Source: Bdellovibrionales bacterium (GTDB taxonomy: Bacteria > Bdellovibrionota > Bdellovibrionia > Bdellovibrionales > UBA1609). From it: a stretch of DNA of 64,000 bases. Numbering within the stretch: the stretch's first letter is position 1; each line of letters begins with the position of its first letter. Of this stretch, positions 10,214 to 20,451 are shown piece by piece. The notes under the pieces were generated by a model, which saw only the letters and a program-made list of their open reading frames with translations, was not told where the DNA came from and did not search any database. The position numbers and the translations under genes were made by a program. The stretch is taken from assembly GCA_965219095.1 (NCBI GenBank), contig CBDCMT010000001.1, positions 2,132,892-2,196,891 of the forward strand, read 5' to 3'.

Positions 10214-12175
10214 TTGAGTAAGTTTAAAAGATTAGGCATATTAAAGGGTGTGAAAAAAATCCCCCCTCTAGAGGGCCTGATCAAAAGACATCCTGATGGT
10301 TTTGGCTTCTTCATTCCTTTTGACAAGAAATTTCCTGATGCCTATATCACTAAACAGAAAATGAAAGGGCTTATGACAGGAGACAAGATCTTGGTTCAAA
10401 TGGTTCCTGAGAGAAAATATCCTAATAAATTTAGAGTTGTAAGTTTAAAGCTTCTTGAGAGACATTTTCAATTTGTCGTAGGCCGCGTATGCCAGCTTTT
10501 TGAAGACTTCTTCGTCCTCCCCGACATCTCACAGGCTTGGGGTTCAGAGCTTTACCTCCAAGTTCCAGGAAAGCTTTCAGTAAAAACCGGAGACTGGGTT
10601 TATGTCCAGGTGACACACTATCCTCCTCGCTTGAAAGGACGTGTTGTAGAAAAGCTAGGTTCTACAGAAGACCCTTTTATCGATAACAAAAGGGTCTTAC
10701 TAGAATATGGTTTAAAGCTTGAATTTTCTTCGGAAGCTCTTAGAGAGGCTGAAGAGATTTCGGAGGGTATAAAGCCTTCTTGCAAAAAAGGTAGAAAAGA
10801 TCTAACTCACCTAGGTTTTGTCACAATTGATGGACAACAAGCTAAAGATTTTGATGATGCGATTTTTGTGGATTCAAGCTCTCAAGGCTTGAACCTTTAT
10901 GTGGCAATTGCTGATGTAAGTTATTATGTAAAAACTCAGTCTGCATTAGATAAAGAAGCCTTTCAAAGAGCTAACTCAATTTACTTACCTAACTTTGTGA
11001 GTCCTATGCTACCTCCTAAACTTAGTGATAATGTTTGTTCTCTTAAGCCTTGTGTAAAAAGATTAACTTTTGTATGTGAAATGTCTTTTAACTTTCAAGG
11101 ACATTTAGCAAAGGAGCCTCAGTTTTACGAAGCTGTGATCAAAAGTCATCGTCGCTTCACTTATGCAGAAGTAGAAGACATTTTAGAAAGTAAGGATCCA
11201 TCAGAAACTATGATTCAAAAAGCAGGCCAATTAGCTAAAACACTTTTAAAAAACAGGAGAAAAAAAGGATTTTTGGATCTAAACATTCCAGAAACTATTA
11301 TTCCTGTAGATGATTCAGGTAAACCTCTTGATATTTTTTCATCACAGAGACTCTTTTCTCATCGTTTGATTGAAGAGTTTATGCTACAGGCCAATCAAGC
11401 TACAGCTAGAGTTATTGCCAAAAACTTAGTCCCTTGTCTTCACAGAGTTCATGAACTCCCAGAGAATAAGAAAATAAAGGAACTTAAGAGCTTTCTTGCA
11501 AGCCTCGGGATTTATAAAAAAATAAAAAACCAAAAAGCTCTCTCCGAGATCTCTAAAACATTTCAAAATTCCTTTCAAGGTGTTCTTATGAATCAATTGA
11601 TCTTAAGAGCTATGAATCAAGCACGTTACAGTTCCGATGTGTTGGTGGGGCATTATGCTCTTAACTTTACTCATTATACTCATTTTACATCTCCTATAAG
11701 ACGTTATGCAGATTTGGTTGTTCACAGAGTTTTAAAAAACTTCCTTAAAATCAAAAAACATAAAAAATATAGTAAAGAAGAAATGGAATCCATAGCTCAA
11801 AATGTGAGTACTTTAGAGCAAACAAGTACCAAAGTAGAAAGAAAGGTACAAGCTGTTAAAAAAGCTCGCTTTATGTCCCAATTTTTAGGAGAAGAATTTG
11901 ATGGCTTTATTAGTTCTGTGAATAAAAAAGGACTTTTTGTGAAGTTAAGAATTTACACTGTAGATGGATTTATCCCTATAGAGAATTTAAGAGAAAAAAG
12001 CATACAATTTGATTCAGAAAGAAGGCTTCTTTTTTCAAAAAAAACAGGGGTAAAATATATGATAGGAAAAGAAGTGAGAGTTTCTATAGCTTCTATTGAC
12101 TTAGATCAGGGTTATATTAACTTTTTTATGGCCTATAAAAGAGCGACTAAAAAGCGTAAAAAAACAAAATGTTAA
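10214..12175 (+). CDS. rnr: Ribonuclease R (RNB family, C-terminal S1 domain)
   Basis: HPDGFGF, TIDGQQAKDFDDAI, HYALNFTHYTHFTSPIRRYADL, S1 domain and basic tail. Confidence 0.92.
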   Translation: MSKFKRLGILKGVKKIPPLEGLIKRHPDGFGFFIPFDKKFPDAYITKQKMKGLMTGDKILVQMVPERKYPNKFRVVSLKLLERHFQFVVGRVCQLFEDFFVLPDISQAWGSELYLQVPGKLSVKTGDWVYVQVTHYPPRLKGRVVEKLGSTEDPFIDNKRVLLEYGLKLEFSSEALREAEEISEGIKPSCKKGRKDLTHLGFVTIDGQQAKDFDDAIFVDSSSQGLNLYVAIADVSYYVKTQSALDKEAFQRANSIYLPNFVSPMLPPKLSDNVCSLKPCVKRLTFVCEMSFNFQGHLAKEPQFYEAVIKSHRRFTYAEVEDILESKDPSETMIQKAGQLAKTLLKNRRKKGFLDLNIPETIIPVDDSGKPLDIFSSQRLFSHRLIEEFMLQANQATARVIAKNLVPCLHRVHELPENKKIKELKSFLASLGIYKKIKNQKALSEISKTFQNSFQGVLMNQLILRAMNQARYSSDVLVGHYALNFTHYTHFTSPIRRYADLVVHRVLKNFLKIKKHKKYSKEEMESIAQNVSTLEQTSTKVERKVQAVKKARFMSQFLGEEFDGFISSVNKKGLFVKLRIYTVDGFIPIENLREKSIQFDSERRLLFSKKTGVKYMIGKEVRVSIASIDLDQGYINFFMAYKRATKKRKKTKC

Positions 12176-12287
12176 AATTATCTTTAGTATCAAGTACATA
12201 AAGGGTTAAAGATCATGTTAAGTTGCATTTTGAAAAAAGTTTTCTTAAGACCCAGTTGAAAAAAAGAGGAAATGAAGTATGAATTTA

Positions 12288-13986
12288 CCTAAATTCGTGA
12301 CCAAAAATGTACACTACAAAGCTATAATTTCCCATTTTCCATAAAAATCTCAGTTTTCATAGGGGAATTTTCGATTTTTAGATAAAATCACAAAAAATAA
12401 CTTGCCTTGCATTTTCCTTTGTAGTGTAATATATTACACTACAGGAGGGAGAAATATGAGCTTTATCAGAAGAATAAAAAGAGGAAAGGTAACATATCTT
12501 GCAGAAGTAGAGAACAAAAGGGTTGATGGAAAAGTTATCCAAAAGCATATTCGGTACATCGGGAAGGAAGAGAATGGTGAAACTGTAATTTCAATGAGCT
12601 CATCTGATCTTGAAATAGAAAAGGTCAAGGTTTATGGTCCTTTGCTTGTTTTAGATAAAATAGCTAGGGAAATAGATTTGCAAAAATCTCTTGGCCAATA
12701 CTCCAATGAAATATTAAGCATGGTCTATGCTCACTGTTTAGATTACAAAAGCCTTAGAAAAATGCCAAAATGGTATGAGAGAACAGATTTAAACACTTTG
12801 CTAAATTTAGAGGATCTAACCGAAAGTCGTTTGCTTTCTGCTCTAGATTCTTTAGAGAGTGATCCAGAAAATTTACAGAAGAAAATATTTCAAGGTGCTC
12901 AGAAAAGGTACAATCTTGAGCTAAAAGGGTTAGTGTACGATGTTACAAACACATACCTTTATGGTAGCAAATGTCAGCTTGGAAAATTAGGAAAGAGTAA
13001 GGATGGGAAACGTGGAAATCCTTTGATTCAAATTGGTTTGGTGACAACTCAAAAAGAAGGAATACCAGTGTTTCATAAAACTTTTAGTGGAAACATACAC
13101 GATAGCAGGACTCTACTAAGTTTATCCGATGGATTTGCAAACTATGGACTAAGTGGAGGAATGTTTGTTTACGACAGGGGCATTTTCTCAGAGAGAAACC
13201 TCAATGAAATCAATGAATTGGGCTGGAATACGCTTTGTGGGATTGCTCTCAGAAAAAAAGAGAAGGATTTGATTAGAAAAATGATAAGGCTAGACTCTAT
13301 TGTTGATGTATCCCATCGCATCAGGTTATCAAGTGGTACCTTGTATGCTCAGAGCATTAATCACAATGTTGGAAAAATCAAAGGACGTTTAGTTGTTTGT
13401 TACAATCAAAGGAGAGCTTTAGATATAAGAGAATCTCGTTTGGACGAAATTGCAAACGCACAAATTCTTTTGTCTAAAAATAAAAATATAAAACCAGGTT
13501 TGGAAAAATACCTTACTCCAACAGGAAGATTAAGGAGAGATCGGTTGAATTTAGAATCTGAGTTTGATGGTTACTCTTGTATATTTTCTACAAAAAAGAT
13601 CTCTACAAAAGATATTGTTAATTTGTACTATAAGAAAGAGATAATTGAAAAATCTTTTAGGACCTTAAAGGGAATAACAAATTTGAGACCAATTCGTCAT
13701 TGGCTTTACAACAGAGTTCAATCACATGTCTTTATATGCTATTTATCTTGTCTGATACTTTCAATTCTAAAAATGAAGCTTGAAAAGATGCAGATGTCTC
13801 CAGAGGAAGCTCTTGAAGAACTCGGTAGCATGTATAATGTCTATCTTTATGACCGAAAAAATAAAACTAGACTTATCAAAACAGTAGCTTTAAATAAAGT
13901 TCAAGAAAAAATACTAAGATCTATTGGAAAAAGTCTTGTCAAAAAAACGTCCGTCTGTAGTGTACATTTTTGAGCACGAACTCAGG
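12288..13986 (+). mobile_element. IS1634-family element A, apparently intact
   Basis: IRs cctaaattcgtgaccaaaaatgtacactaca / tgtagtgtacatttttgagcacgaactcagg; direct repeat gaattta on both flanks. Confidence 0.88.
12456..13973 (+). CDS. IS1634-family DDE transposase
   Basis: SD aggaggg before ATG; YDVTNTY, GKSKDGK, VYDRG, IEKSFRTLK, LRPIRHW...SHVFICYL. Confidence 0.88.
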   Translation: MSFIRRIKRGKVTYLAEVENKRVDGKVIQKHIRYIGKEENGETVISMSSSDLEIEKVKVYGPLLVLDKIAREIDLQKSLGQYSNEILSMVYAHCLDYKSLRKMPKWYERTDLNTLLNLEDLTESRLLSALDSLESDPENLQKKIFQGAQKRYNLELKGLVYDVTNTYLYGSKCQLGKLGKSKDGKRGNPLIQIGLVTTQKEGIPVFHKTFSGNIHDSRTLLSLSDGFANYGLSGGMFVYDRGIFSERNLNEINELGWNTLCGIALRKKEKDLIRKMIRLDSIVDVSHRIRLSSGTLYAQSINHNVGKIKGRLVVCYNQRRALDIRESRLDEIANAQILLSKNKNIKPGLEKYLTPTGRLRRDRLNLESEFDGYSCIFSTKKISTKDIVNLYYKKEIIEKSFRTLKGITNLRPIRHWLYNRVQSHVFICYLSCLILSILKMKLEKMQMSPEEALEELGSMYNVYLYDRKNKTRLIKTVALNKVQEKILRSIGKSLVKKTSVCSVHF

Positions 13987-14261
13987 GAATTTACTTTAAA
14001 AATTACCCCTTTATTTCAACTCATACCAGATTTCTATTTTTTCGCTAACTTTATTTGTGAAGTCCTCCAGTCATTGAATCAATCAGAGTTTTTTCTTTAG
14101 TTTTTTGTATTTTTCAGTGATTTTGTATTTGCCTTTTTTTTGAGCTCCTTCAAAATAGATAAGCTTCCTATCTTTTAAGAATTTTATATAGTTTTCTACA
14201 GCTCTTAATGTGACTTTTTGGAGAGGTGTCGTACTTGATCCTAGAATGTCCATATGATCTC

Positions 14262-14426
14262 CCAAGACATAAACTCTGATCCTTGATCTACACTTAACGT
14301 TTTTAAAGCTTTTTTGGGGAATCGAGATAAACCCATTTGATAGTTTCCATGACGTGTTGACTTTGACGAGAAGTGGATTTTAACATCACCAGATACCTTG
14401 ACTTTCTTTCTACCAAAGTTGATATG
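14262..14426 (-). mobile_element. IS30-family transposase remnant
   Basis: ISTLVERKSRYLVMLK, then after a frameshift KALKTLSVDQGSEFMSW. Confidence 0.7.
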
Positions 14427-14480
14427 TAGTGCTTCCGTTTAGGTTTTCAGGTTCCTAAGATGGAGAAGTTATCAGTTATG
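14427..14480 (-). mobile_element. Isolated terminal fragment of IS630 type 2
   Basis: tagtgcttccgtttaggttttcaggttcctaagatggagaagttatc is the reverse complement of 46328-46374. Confidence 0.8.
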
Positions 14481-14627
14481 CCAATATAAATTTCACCTCC
14501 AGAGGAGTTGGCAAAAGCCACCATCTCTCTATCTAAGCCCTACCTTGCACTTTCTTTAAACTCGACTTTCTGGTTTTCGCCTTTTTCTAGAATAAGTTTA
14601 AGTTTTTTTGATAAAGAATTCTTCATT

Positions 14628-17600
14628 TTAATTTATATGTATAGATGTCTTAACTGCTTTAATTAATTTTTCTTCTTCTTTTTTTTGTCTTTCAAACCAG
14701 TTAGTAGACCAAATTCTATAAATTTTCCAACCATATCCTTCTAAAACCTCTTCTCTCAATCTATCTCTATCACGAGCAGATTTTAATGAGTGATATTTAG
14801 CACCATCACACTCTATTGCAAGTACAAAATCATTATTTTTAGGATGTTTAACAACAATATCAATTTTATAACCAGCAACTCCGTATTGATACTCAATATC
14901 AAAGTTATTTTTCTTTAATATTTTTCCAACAGATTCTTCAAAGTCATTAGGTTCATTATTAGTGGGATAACCCAAGTTTGGCAGAATGCCTTTTTTCGCA
15001 AACTTTAAATAATCTTTAAGAACTCGAACTCCTCTCTTAGTTTTTTCATCTACTCTAATGTCACTTTCTTTCATAGAAGAAAATAAGAAAATTTTCTTCT
15101 TAGCTCTAGTAAATAAAACATTTAATCTCCTATGCCCGCCCTCATTATTAATAGGGCCAAATCTTTGTTTAACAGTACCATCTATCTCATCTGGTCCATA
15201 AACGGTAGATATAAAAATAACATCTCGCTCATCACCTTGAACATTTTCAAGATTTTTTACAAATAAGGGTTCTAAGGAGTTTTTCCATTTTTCATAATAG
15301 GCCAAAACATCTTTATCTAAAGCTCTACGTTGTTCTATTTCATTATCTATCAGTTCTGTTTGCCGTTTGTTCATGGCCACTATTCCTATAGACAGGTTCA
15401 TATTACTTTTCATAAAGTTAATAACTGTTTCTATAAGTATTTTTAATTCTTCAGGATTTATGCCTCCGAAAGACCTAGAGTTGCTATTATTACGTGAGGG
15501 TTTATATTTAGCGTTTTCAGCATAAACAAATTCTACGCCTAGATTTTTTCTTTTTTTTGGAGAAGGAAAAACAATCAATTTGTTATCATAAAACTCTGAA
15601 TTAGAAAACTTAATTAGATCCTCATGTCTTGAGCGATAATGCCAAAGAAGGTCACAAAATTTTACGTTGGAATTATTGAATAGATCTAATATAGATTCTT
15701 CATCAACTATATTTTCTTCTTCATCTTCATTATTTTGAGTTTTGAAATAATCAGTCGGAGGTAACTGCTGTTCATCACCTACAACTATTATTTGCTTTGC
15801 TCTTAAAATTCCTCCTAATGCTTCCTCTGGAGGCATTTGAGATGCTTCATCTATAATCAACAAATCAAACTCAAACTCCCCTGGCGTTAAATACTGTGCA
15901 ACAGTGGATGGAGACATAAGACAACACGGTTTAAGATCCAACAAAGCTTTTGAAGCTTTTGAAAACAGCTTTCTTAACGGTATATTCTTCTTTTTGCCGA
16001 ATTCTGCTTTTATTGCACACAGATCTGTCCACTCTTTCTTTGCCCCCCTATTGTTACCTTCTGTAACTTTTATGCTCTTTAGTTTTGAATATATCTTATA
16101 TTGACCATTTTCAATACTTTTTTTGTCATATTTTTTAAATCTATCTATATCTAAATCTGACACTCCATTAAATTTCTCATCCTGCAAAAGTGTTTTGTAA
16201 AAAATATAATCCAGCACTTCCTTTGTATAAGATATAGGCTTTTTTTTCTCTATGTAAGATTCAATAACATGTGAAAAGTTATATTTTTGAAGAGATTGAA
16301 GGGTTTTATAAAAAATTACATAGTCATCATATCCATCTATGTTTTCTTTTATTAAGTGAAGTTTATTTCCCCAATCAATAATATTGATATTTTCGACATC
16401 TTTATAAACAAAGTCAACTTGCATTTTTGAAGCTAATTTTTTTCTGCACCTTTCTTCTGATTCCAATTTTTTTATAATACATGCGAAATCTTTTTCTTGA
16501 AATTTTGAAAATAGCCAATTTATCCTTTTTGAAATTTTCTTATCTCGCAATTTGTTATAAAACTTAAATAGATCATTTAATTCCTCTAATTTCATAACCT
16601 GATAAATATTCTTGAATTCCGTCCATTTTTCATTCAATTCTTTGCTTTCTAATAGGAAAGATTTTGCATTATCTGAAAGTTTTGTGCTATTTTTTACTTC
16701 TTTAGACCACTTTACTATTTCATCCGCTAAATTAAAGTCGATTTCCTCTAAATTTTTAGGATAATTGAATGCACCTTTAATGAAGCTACTATTGATAAGC
16801 CTGTACTTTAATTCCATGTGAGTAGCTAACTCATTAAAAGTTTGCAAACATTCACTATAGTCAAATTGTTTTCTATTATCAGTGATGTATTTCCAAACCT
16901 TTCTAGCATACCAATAATTCCTGCAAAGGAAAAAATTAAAATAATTATTTTTTTTATCTTGTAAGAAAATGCTCAAGTCCATATAAGTTGTAGCATCTCC
17001 CTCCATTGATTTCGGATATTCGTTTATGTAATCTTTTTCTTGTTCAAGAACTTCTTCAACTCTTTCTCTCAGATCTATTATCTTGCTATTAGAATTTTTC
17101 ATAAAGAAATGCCTATTTTTAGCTCTCAAGATATCTGCTTTAGTATTGAAAATAAACTCTAAAGCCCTATAAATATCACTGCAGTTTAGGGTATTTAAGA
17201 AGTCTTCGGATAACTTTATAGGATTTACATTATGTTTAAATTCACCTGTAATTGAAGAGATATTTTTTATATCATTAATACTTATAGGTAAAAAAAGCTT
17301 ATTTTTATTAACCGATGAAATTAGCTCTTCCAAAGATTTTGTATACTGTTTTGCTTCATTTTTTATTTCGTCATGCTTTATTTTGTTCCCTATATTAGAT
17401 TTTGCCGGAATGCCATACCAGGGCCAATCACAAACTATTTTCCCATAATCTCTTGATGTTTTTTTATATGAATTTTCTAATTCCTCTAATTTTCTGCCCA
17501 GTTCCTTATGATTTTTTTTCTTCTTATCTTTAAACTCTTGGGTTTTAATATAATCCCAAGGAATTTTACTTTTAATTTTATCTATACATTTAGAGTTATT

Positions 17601-19190
17601 TATGTATGCCCATATCGAATCAAAACAAGTTGTTTCTCCCTCTATTTCAATATCAGTATTCAAAGGCTTTTTGATAAAATTTTTATACTCAATGAGTGAT
17701 TCTTTTATATTATTATAATTATTGTAATCTTGAACTTTATTTTCTGCCTTCCCTAATCTATTCGGAGAGTCTATTCTTTCTTTTAAGGATTTCAATACTT
17801 CTTTTTTATCTGTTATACTCCCATCTAAACAAAATAAACCTAATTTAGAGCTTTCAAGACGTTTCTTAACTACATCTAAAGCAGCTTTTTTTTCAGACAT
17901 GAAAAGTACTTTCTTACTTTGATTTAAGAAGGAGGCTATTATATTTGAGATAGTCTGGCTTTTACCAGTTCCAGGGGGGCCCTTTATTATCATGTCTAAG
18001 CCATCTAGGGCTTTTTTTATGGCATGAAATTGTGAGGAGTCAGCGTCATGTATTAAACAAGGTGTATTTTTTTCATTTAGATCTAAGTTTGAATCTATAT
18101 CATCTGGAATATTTTCTTGTTGAACTGTTCCTCTTTCTTCCCACAGTTTTTTTAATATAGGATGTTTTGTTAAATTGGGCCAATTTTCTTCTTTTAAATC
18201 TTCGTACATATTAAGTTTATGAAAAGAAAACCTTCCAATACAAACAATCCTTCGTAGATTCCAGCCCATCTCTTTTGAAGAGTTGCTTATCACATCTGTC
18301 TCTACTCTCTTGAAGTAACCCTCTACACTAAAATTATTGATGTCATCTTTTAAATCTATTTCTGGAAGAACAATTTCAAAATTAGAGTAGAGCCTTTCCT
18401 TTAAAGCTAAGTTCGGTAAGGGTACCTGTTCGCTTGAATAAACACTGAAAACATATTTTCCTCTCCTTAATTTTTTTTTAAGATTTAATTGTAACAAAAT
18501 TAATGGTGCCAATAAAGTTTTTTCACTATTCTTAACATCTTTGTATTGTAAAAATCCGATTGACATATAAAGTGTGTTCATTCCCTTCTCTTCACGATCT
18601 ATTGTTATACGTCTTTGTATTGAAGATACTCTTCTTGTCATATCATCTTCAAAGAGCAGTGTTTGAAGATAATCGTCATCATGCTTTTCCTCTAAGCTCT
18701 CTTTAGGAAATGGTAGATTTAAATCAGGATTTAGTTTGTTTATTTTCGCCCAGTCTTTTGGATTATAGAGTTGATCTTCTTTTCGTTTTGATAGGTTTAA
18801 TTTATCCCTGACTTTATCCTTTAGCCAACGCTCAATTTCATATTCTTCGTTTATAATTTCTTTATTTGAGTTTTTTTTATCTTCTTCGAGCTTTTCGCAT
18901 TTTTTTCTGTATTCGCTGTCTGTTTCTATTAATTCATATAGAGTTGATTTAAATTCATTGGTTCTTTCATCTGGAAGTTCATTTTTTTTATCAAATGGGG
19001 GCAATGGTTTAAATTCTAATTTTTTATTTTGAGATATTTTTTCATAAATCTTTTCAGGCAACTCATCGATAACATAAATATGCGTATTCGATTTTGAACT
19101 AAGATTAAAGTTTAACAAGCCATTCCTATTGCTCTGATCAATTAGTTTTTTTTGCAGTTCCGCAATGCTTTTTTTTATTATATTATCCAT
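14628..19190 (-). CDS. DUF4011 + SF1 (Upf1-like) helicase + C-terminal PD-(D/E)xK/Vsr-like nuclease; Hhe-like antiphage protein
   Basis: N-term KKLIDQSNRNGLLNF..EKGMNTLYMSIGFL..APLIL (DUF4011-like); GPPGTGKSQT, DEASQM, GDEQQLPP, HYRS, NVQGDERD, RLNVLFTRAK; C-term GVAGYKIDIVV..AIECDG..H..ARDRDRLREEVL..GW..RIWS; more AT-rich than core genes. Confidence 0.88.
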   Translation of the reverse strand: MDNIIKKSIAELQKKLIDQSNRNGLLNFNLSSKSNTHIYVIDELPEKIYEKISQNKKLEFKPLPPFDKKNELPDERTNEFKSTLYELIETDSEYRKKCEKLEEDKKNSNKEIINEEYEIERWLKDKVRDKLNLSKRKEDQLYNPKDWAKINKLNPDLNLPFPKESLEEKHDDDYLQTLLFEDDMTRRVSSIQRRITIDREEKGMNTLYMSIGFLQYKDVKNSEKTLLAPLILLQLNLKKKLRRGKYVFSVYSSEQVPLPNLALKERLYSNFEIVLPEIDLKDDINNFSVEGYFKRVETDVISNSSKEMGWNLRRIVCIGRFSFHKLNMYEDLKEENWPNLTKHPILKKLWEERGTVQQENIPDDIDSNLDLNEKNTPCLIHDADSSQFHAIKKALDGLDMIIKGPPGTGKSQTISNIIASFLNQSKKVLFMSEKKAALDVVKKRLESSKLGLFCLDGSITDKKEVLKSLKERIDSPNRLGKAENKVQDYNNYNNIKESLIEYKNFIKKPLNTDIEIEGETTCFDSIWAYINNSKCIDKIKSKIPWDYIKTQEFKDKKKKNHKELGRKLEELENSYKKTSRDYGKIVCDWPWYGIPAKSNIGNKIKHDEIKNEAKQYTKSLEELISSVNKNKLFLPISINDIKNISSITGEFKHNVNPIKLSEDFLNTLNCSDIYRALEFIFNTKADILRAKNRHFFMKNSNSKIIDLRERVEEVLEQEKDYINEYPKSMEGDATTYMDLSIFLQDKKNNYFNFFLCRNYWYARKVWKYITDNRKQFDYSECLQTFNELATHMELKYRLINSSFIKGAFNYPKNLEEIDFNLADEIVKWSKEVKNSTKLSDNAKSFLLESKELNEKWTEFKNIYQVMKLEELNDLFKFYNKLRDKKISKRINWLFSKFQEKDFACIIKKLESEERCRKKLASKMQVDFVYKDVENINIIDWGNKLHLIKENIDGYDDYVIFYKTLQSLQKYNFSHVIESYIEKKKPISYTKEVLDYIFYKTLLQDEKFNGVSDLDIDRFKKYDKKSIENGQYKIYSKLKSIKVTEGNNRGAKKEWTDLCAIKAEFGKKKNIPLRKLFSKASKALLDLKPCCLMSPSTVAQYLTPGEFEFDLLIIDEASQMPPEEALGGILRAKQIIVVGDEQQLPPTDYFKTQNNEDEEENIVDEESILDLFNNSNVKFCDLLWHYRSRHEDLIKFSNSEFYDNKLIVFPSPKKRKNLGVEFVYAENAKYKPSRNNSNSRSFGGINPEELKILIETVINFMKSNMNLSIGIVAMNKRQTELIDNEIEQRRALDKDVLAYYEKWKNSLEPLFVKNLENVQGDERDVIFISTVYGPDEIDGTVKQRFGPINNEGGHRRLNVLFTRAKKKIFLFSSMKESDIRVDEKTKRGVRVLKDYLKFAKKGILPNLGYPTNNEPNDFEESVGKILKKNNFDIEYQYGVAGYKIDIVVKHPKNNDFVLAIECDGAKYHSLKSARDRDRLREEVLEGYGWKIYRIWSTNWFERQKKEEEKLIKAVKTSIHIN

Positions 19191-19457
19191 ATACTCATCT
19201 TATATTTAATCTATACTAATCGTGTTTCAAAAACACCTCTTTCTAGCTAAGATAAAAAGGAGATTTTTTGAAGTGTGCCAGTATATCCCAAACCCAACTC
19301 CTTGTCATTTAAAGTTGATCCTCTAAGACTTTGAAAAAAATTAAAATGTGACGATTTTCGTCACTTGTTTTCTTAAACTTAGACTTCCAGTCTGGTTTTC
19401 TTTTCACATTCATAAAGGTGAACCTATCACATAAGTTAAGAAGACACAAATATTTTT

Positions 19458-19492
19458 GCTTTCTCAAAAGAATCTGTGGGTTCCTGGAGGTT
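19458..19492. repeat. Degenerate, partial hairpin mini-MITE copy (reverse orientation)
   Basis: gctttctcaaaagaatctgtgggttcctggaggtt versus reverse-complement consensus gcctcctcaaaagaatctgtgggttcccggaggtt. Confidence 0.7.
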
Positions 19493-19710
19493 TTGTCAGT
19501 TTTCTAATGTTGTGATATAAGGCTTTTTAGAACTTTAGAGGTTCTAAAGCTGTAAGATTTTCTCATAGTGAGTTTTACTTTATAGTTTGACAGACTCCAG
19601 AGTTTATAAATGCCTTCTTTCAATATGTTTCTTGAAAGCTTCTACCTTTAAAGGAGAATTTGCTATCTTCTTAATAAATTCAGAAAAATTTCCTCTTGAA
19701 AATAGACTGT

Positions 19711-19757
19711 GTTGAAAAAGTGGAGTCAAAATTAACGTATATGCAATGCATTAGCTT
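19711..19757. repeat. IS3-like terminal fragment, repeated at 30956-31008
   Basis: tgaaaaagtggagtcaaaattaa(c/t)gtata(t/c)gcaatgcattag occurs twice and resembles the tgatcttcc..aaaaagtggacag ends at 22407 and 45827. Confidence 0.5.
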
Positions 19758-20046
19758 TAACTATACTGATTACACTTCAGAGCTTCCCTTTTATCTATAG
19801 TGTGTCGTCAATTAATTTAACCAAACCATAGAAGAAGCTAACATCACTTAAACCTAAGAAGTGTTTTTTCTTGATATATTTTTTGATAGACACTTACAAG
19901 ATGATTTTTTGTACTTAAACCTCCTTTGGAGTGTTTCAAAGCTAAAGTCTTTTTTTTGGCTTCTTTTTTGCACTAAAAGCCTGAAAGTTCTCTAAGGTTC
20001 CTTCATTTTTTACTCTGAATTCACTCTAAACAAACTAAGTGTGTGA

Positions 20047-20200
20047 TAATACCATTTCCAAAAAATAATTCGACATTCTTTTGTCGCATAAGGTTCCGGA
20101 AGAGATCTCCAAGAGGCTCCAGCCCTCAAAATCCATAGGACTTAAGTTAACAAATTGTTGGTTGTTTTTTGCTTCTAACTTCTACTGTTTTTTTTCCGAC
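20047..20200 (-). mobile_element. IS630 type-1 end abutting an IS5 (DUF4096) transposase remnant
   Basis: taataccatttccaaaaaataattcgac at 20047; minus strand encodes VLWILRAGASWRSLPEPYAT. Confidence 0.7.
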
Positions 20201-20406
20201 CAGAAAGTAAAAACTCTGTCTTCTTCCATGTTTTAAGTTTTTAATTCTTATCTTCTTGATATCCTTCACTTTCTTTCTTAGGCTAAGGTTACCACATTAA
20301 ATCAATTGACGACACCCCATAGCTAGAAAAAGGGGATTTTTGAAACACGGCCAGTATGAAAAAGCATTTATTTTGAAGTGTGACCAATATATTTATGTTT
20401 CATATA

Positions 20407-20451
20407 GAGCCCTTTTTTATTTCAAGATCTTATCTTGAGGGGGCTTTTTTT
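20407..20451. terminator. Probable intrinsic terminator downstream of the 20450-21142 gene
   Basis: gccc...tcaagat-ctt-atcttga-gggggc hairpin flanked by T tracts. Confidence 0.5.

Larger units (their letters stand above)
14083..14626 (-). pseudogene. AlbA_2 (Schlafen-like) domain protein with C-terminal winged-helix; disrupted and internally deleted
   Basis: From ATG 14626: MKNSLSKKLKLILEKGENQKVEFKESAR*GLDREMVAFANSSGGEIYIGITDN (EFK..AFAN..GG.IYIG signature); remnant 14083-14250 resembles the terminal wHTH (TLRAVENYIKFLK..LIYFEGAQKKGKY). Confidence 0.75.
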
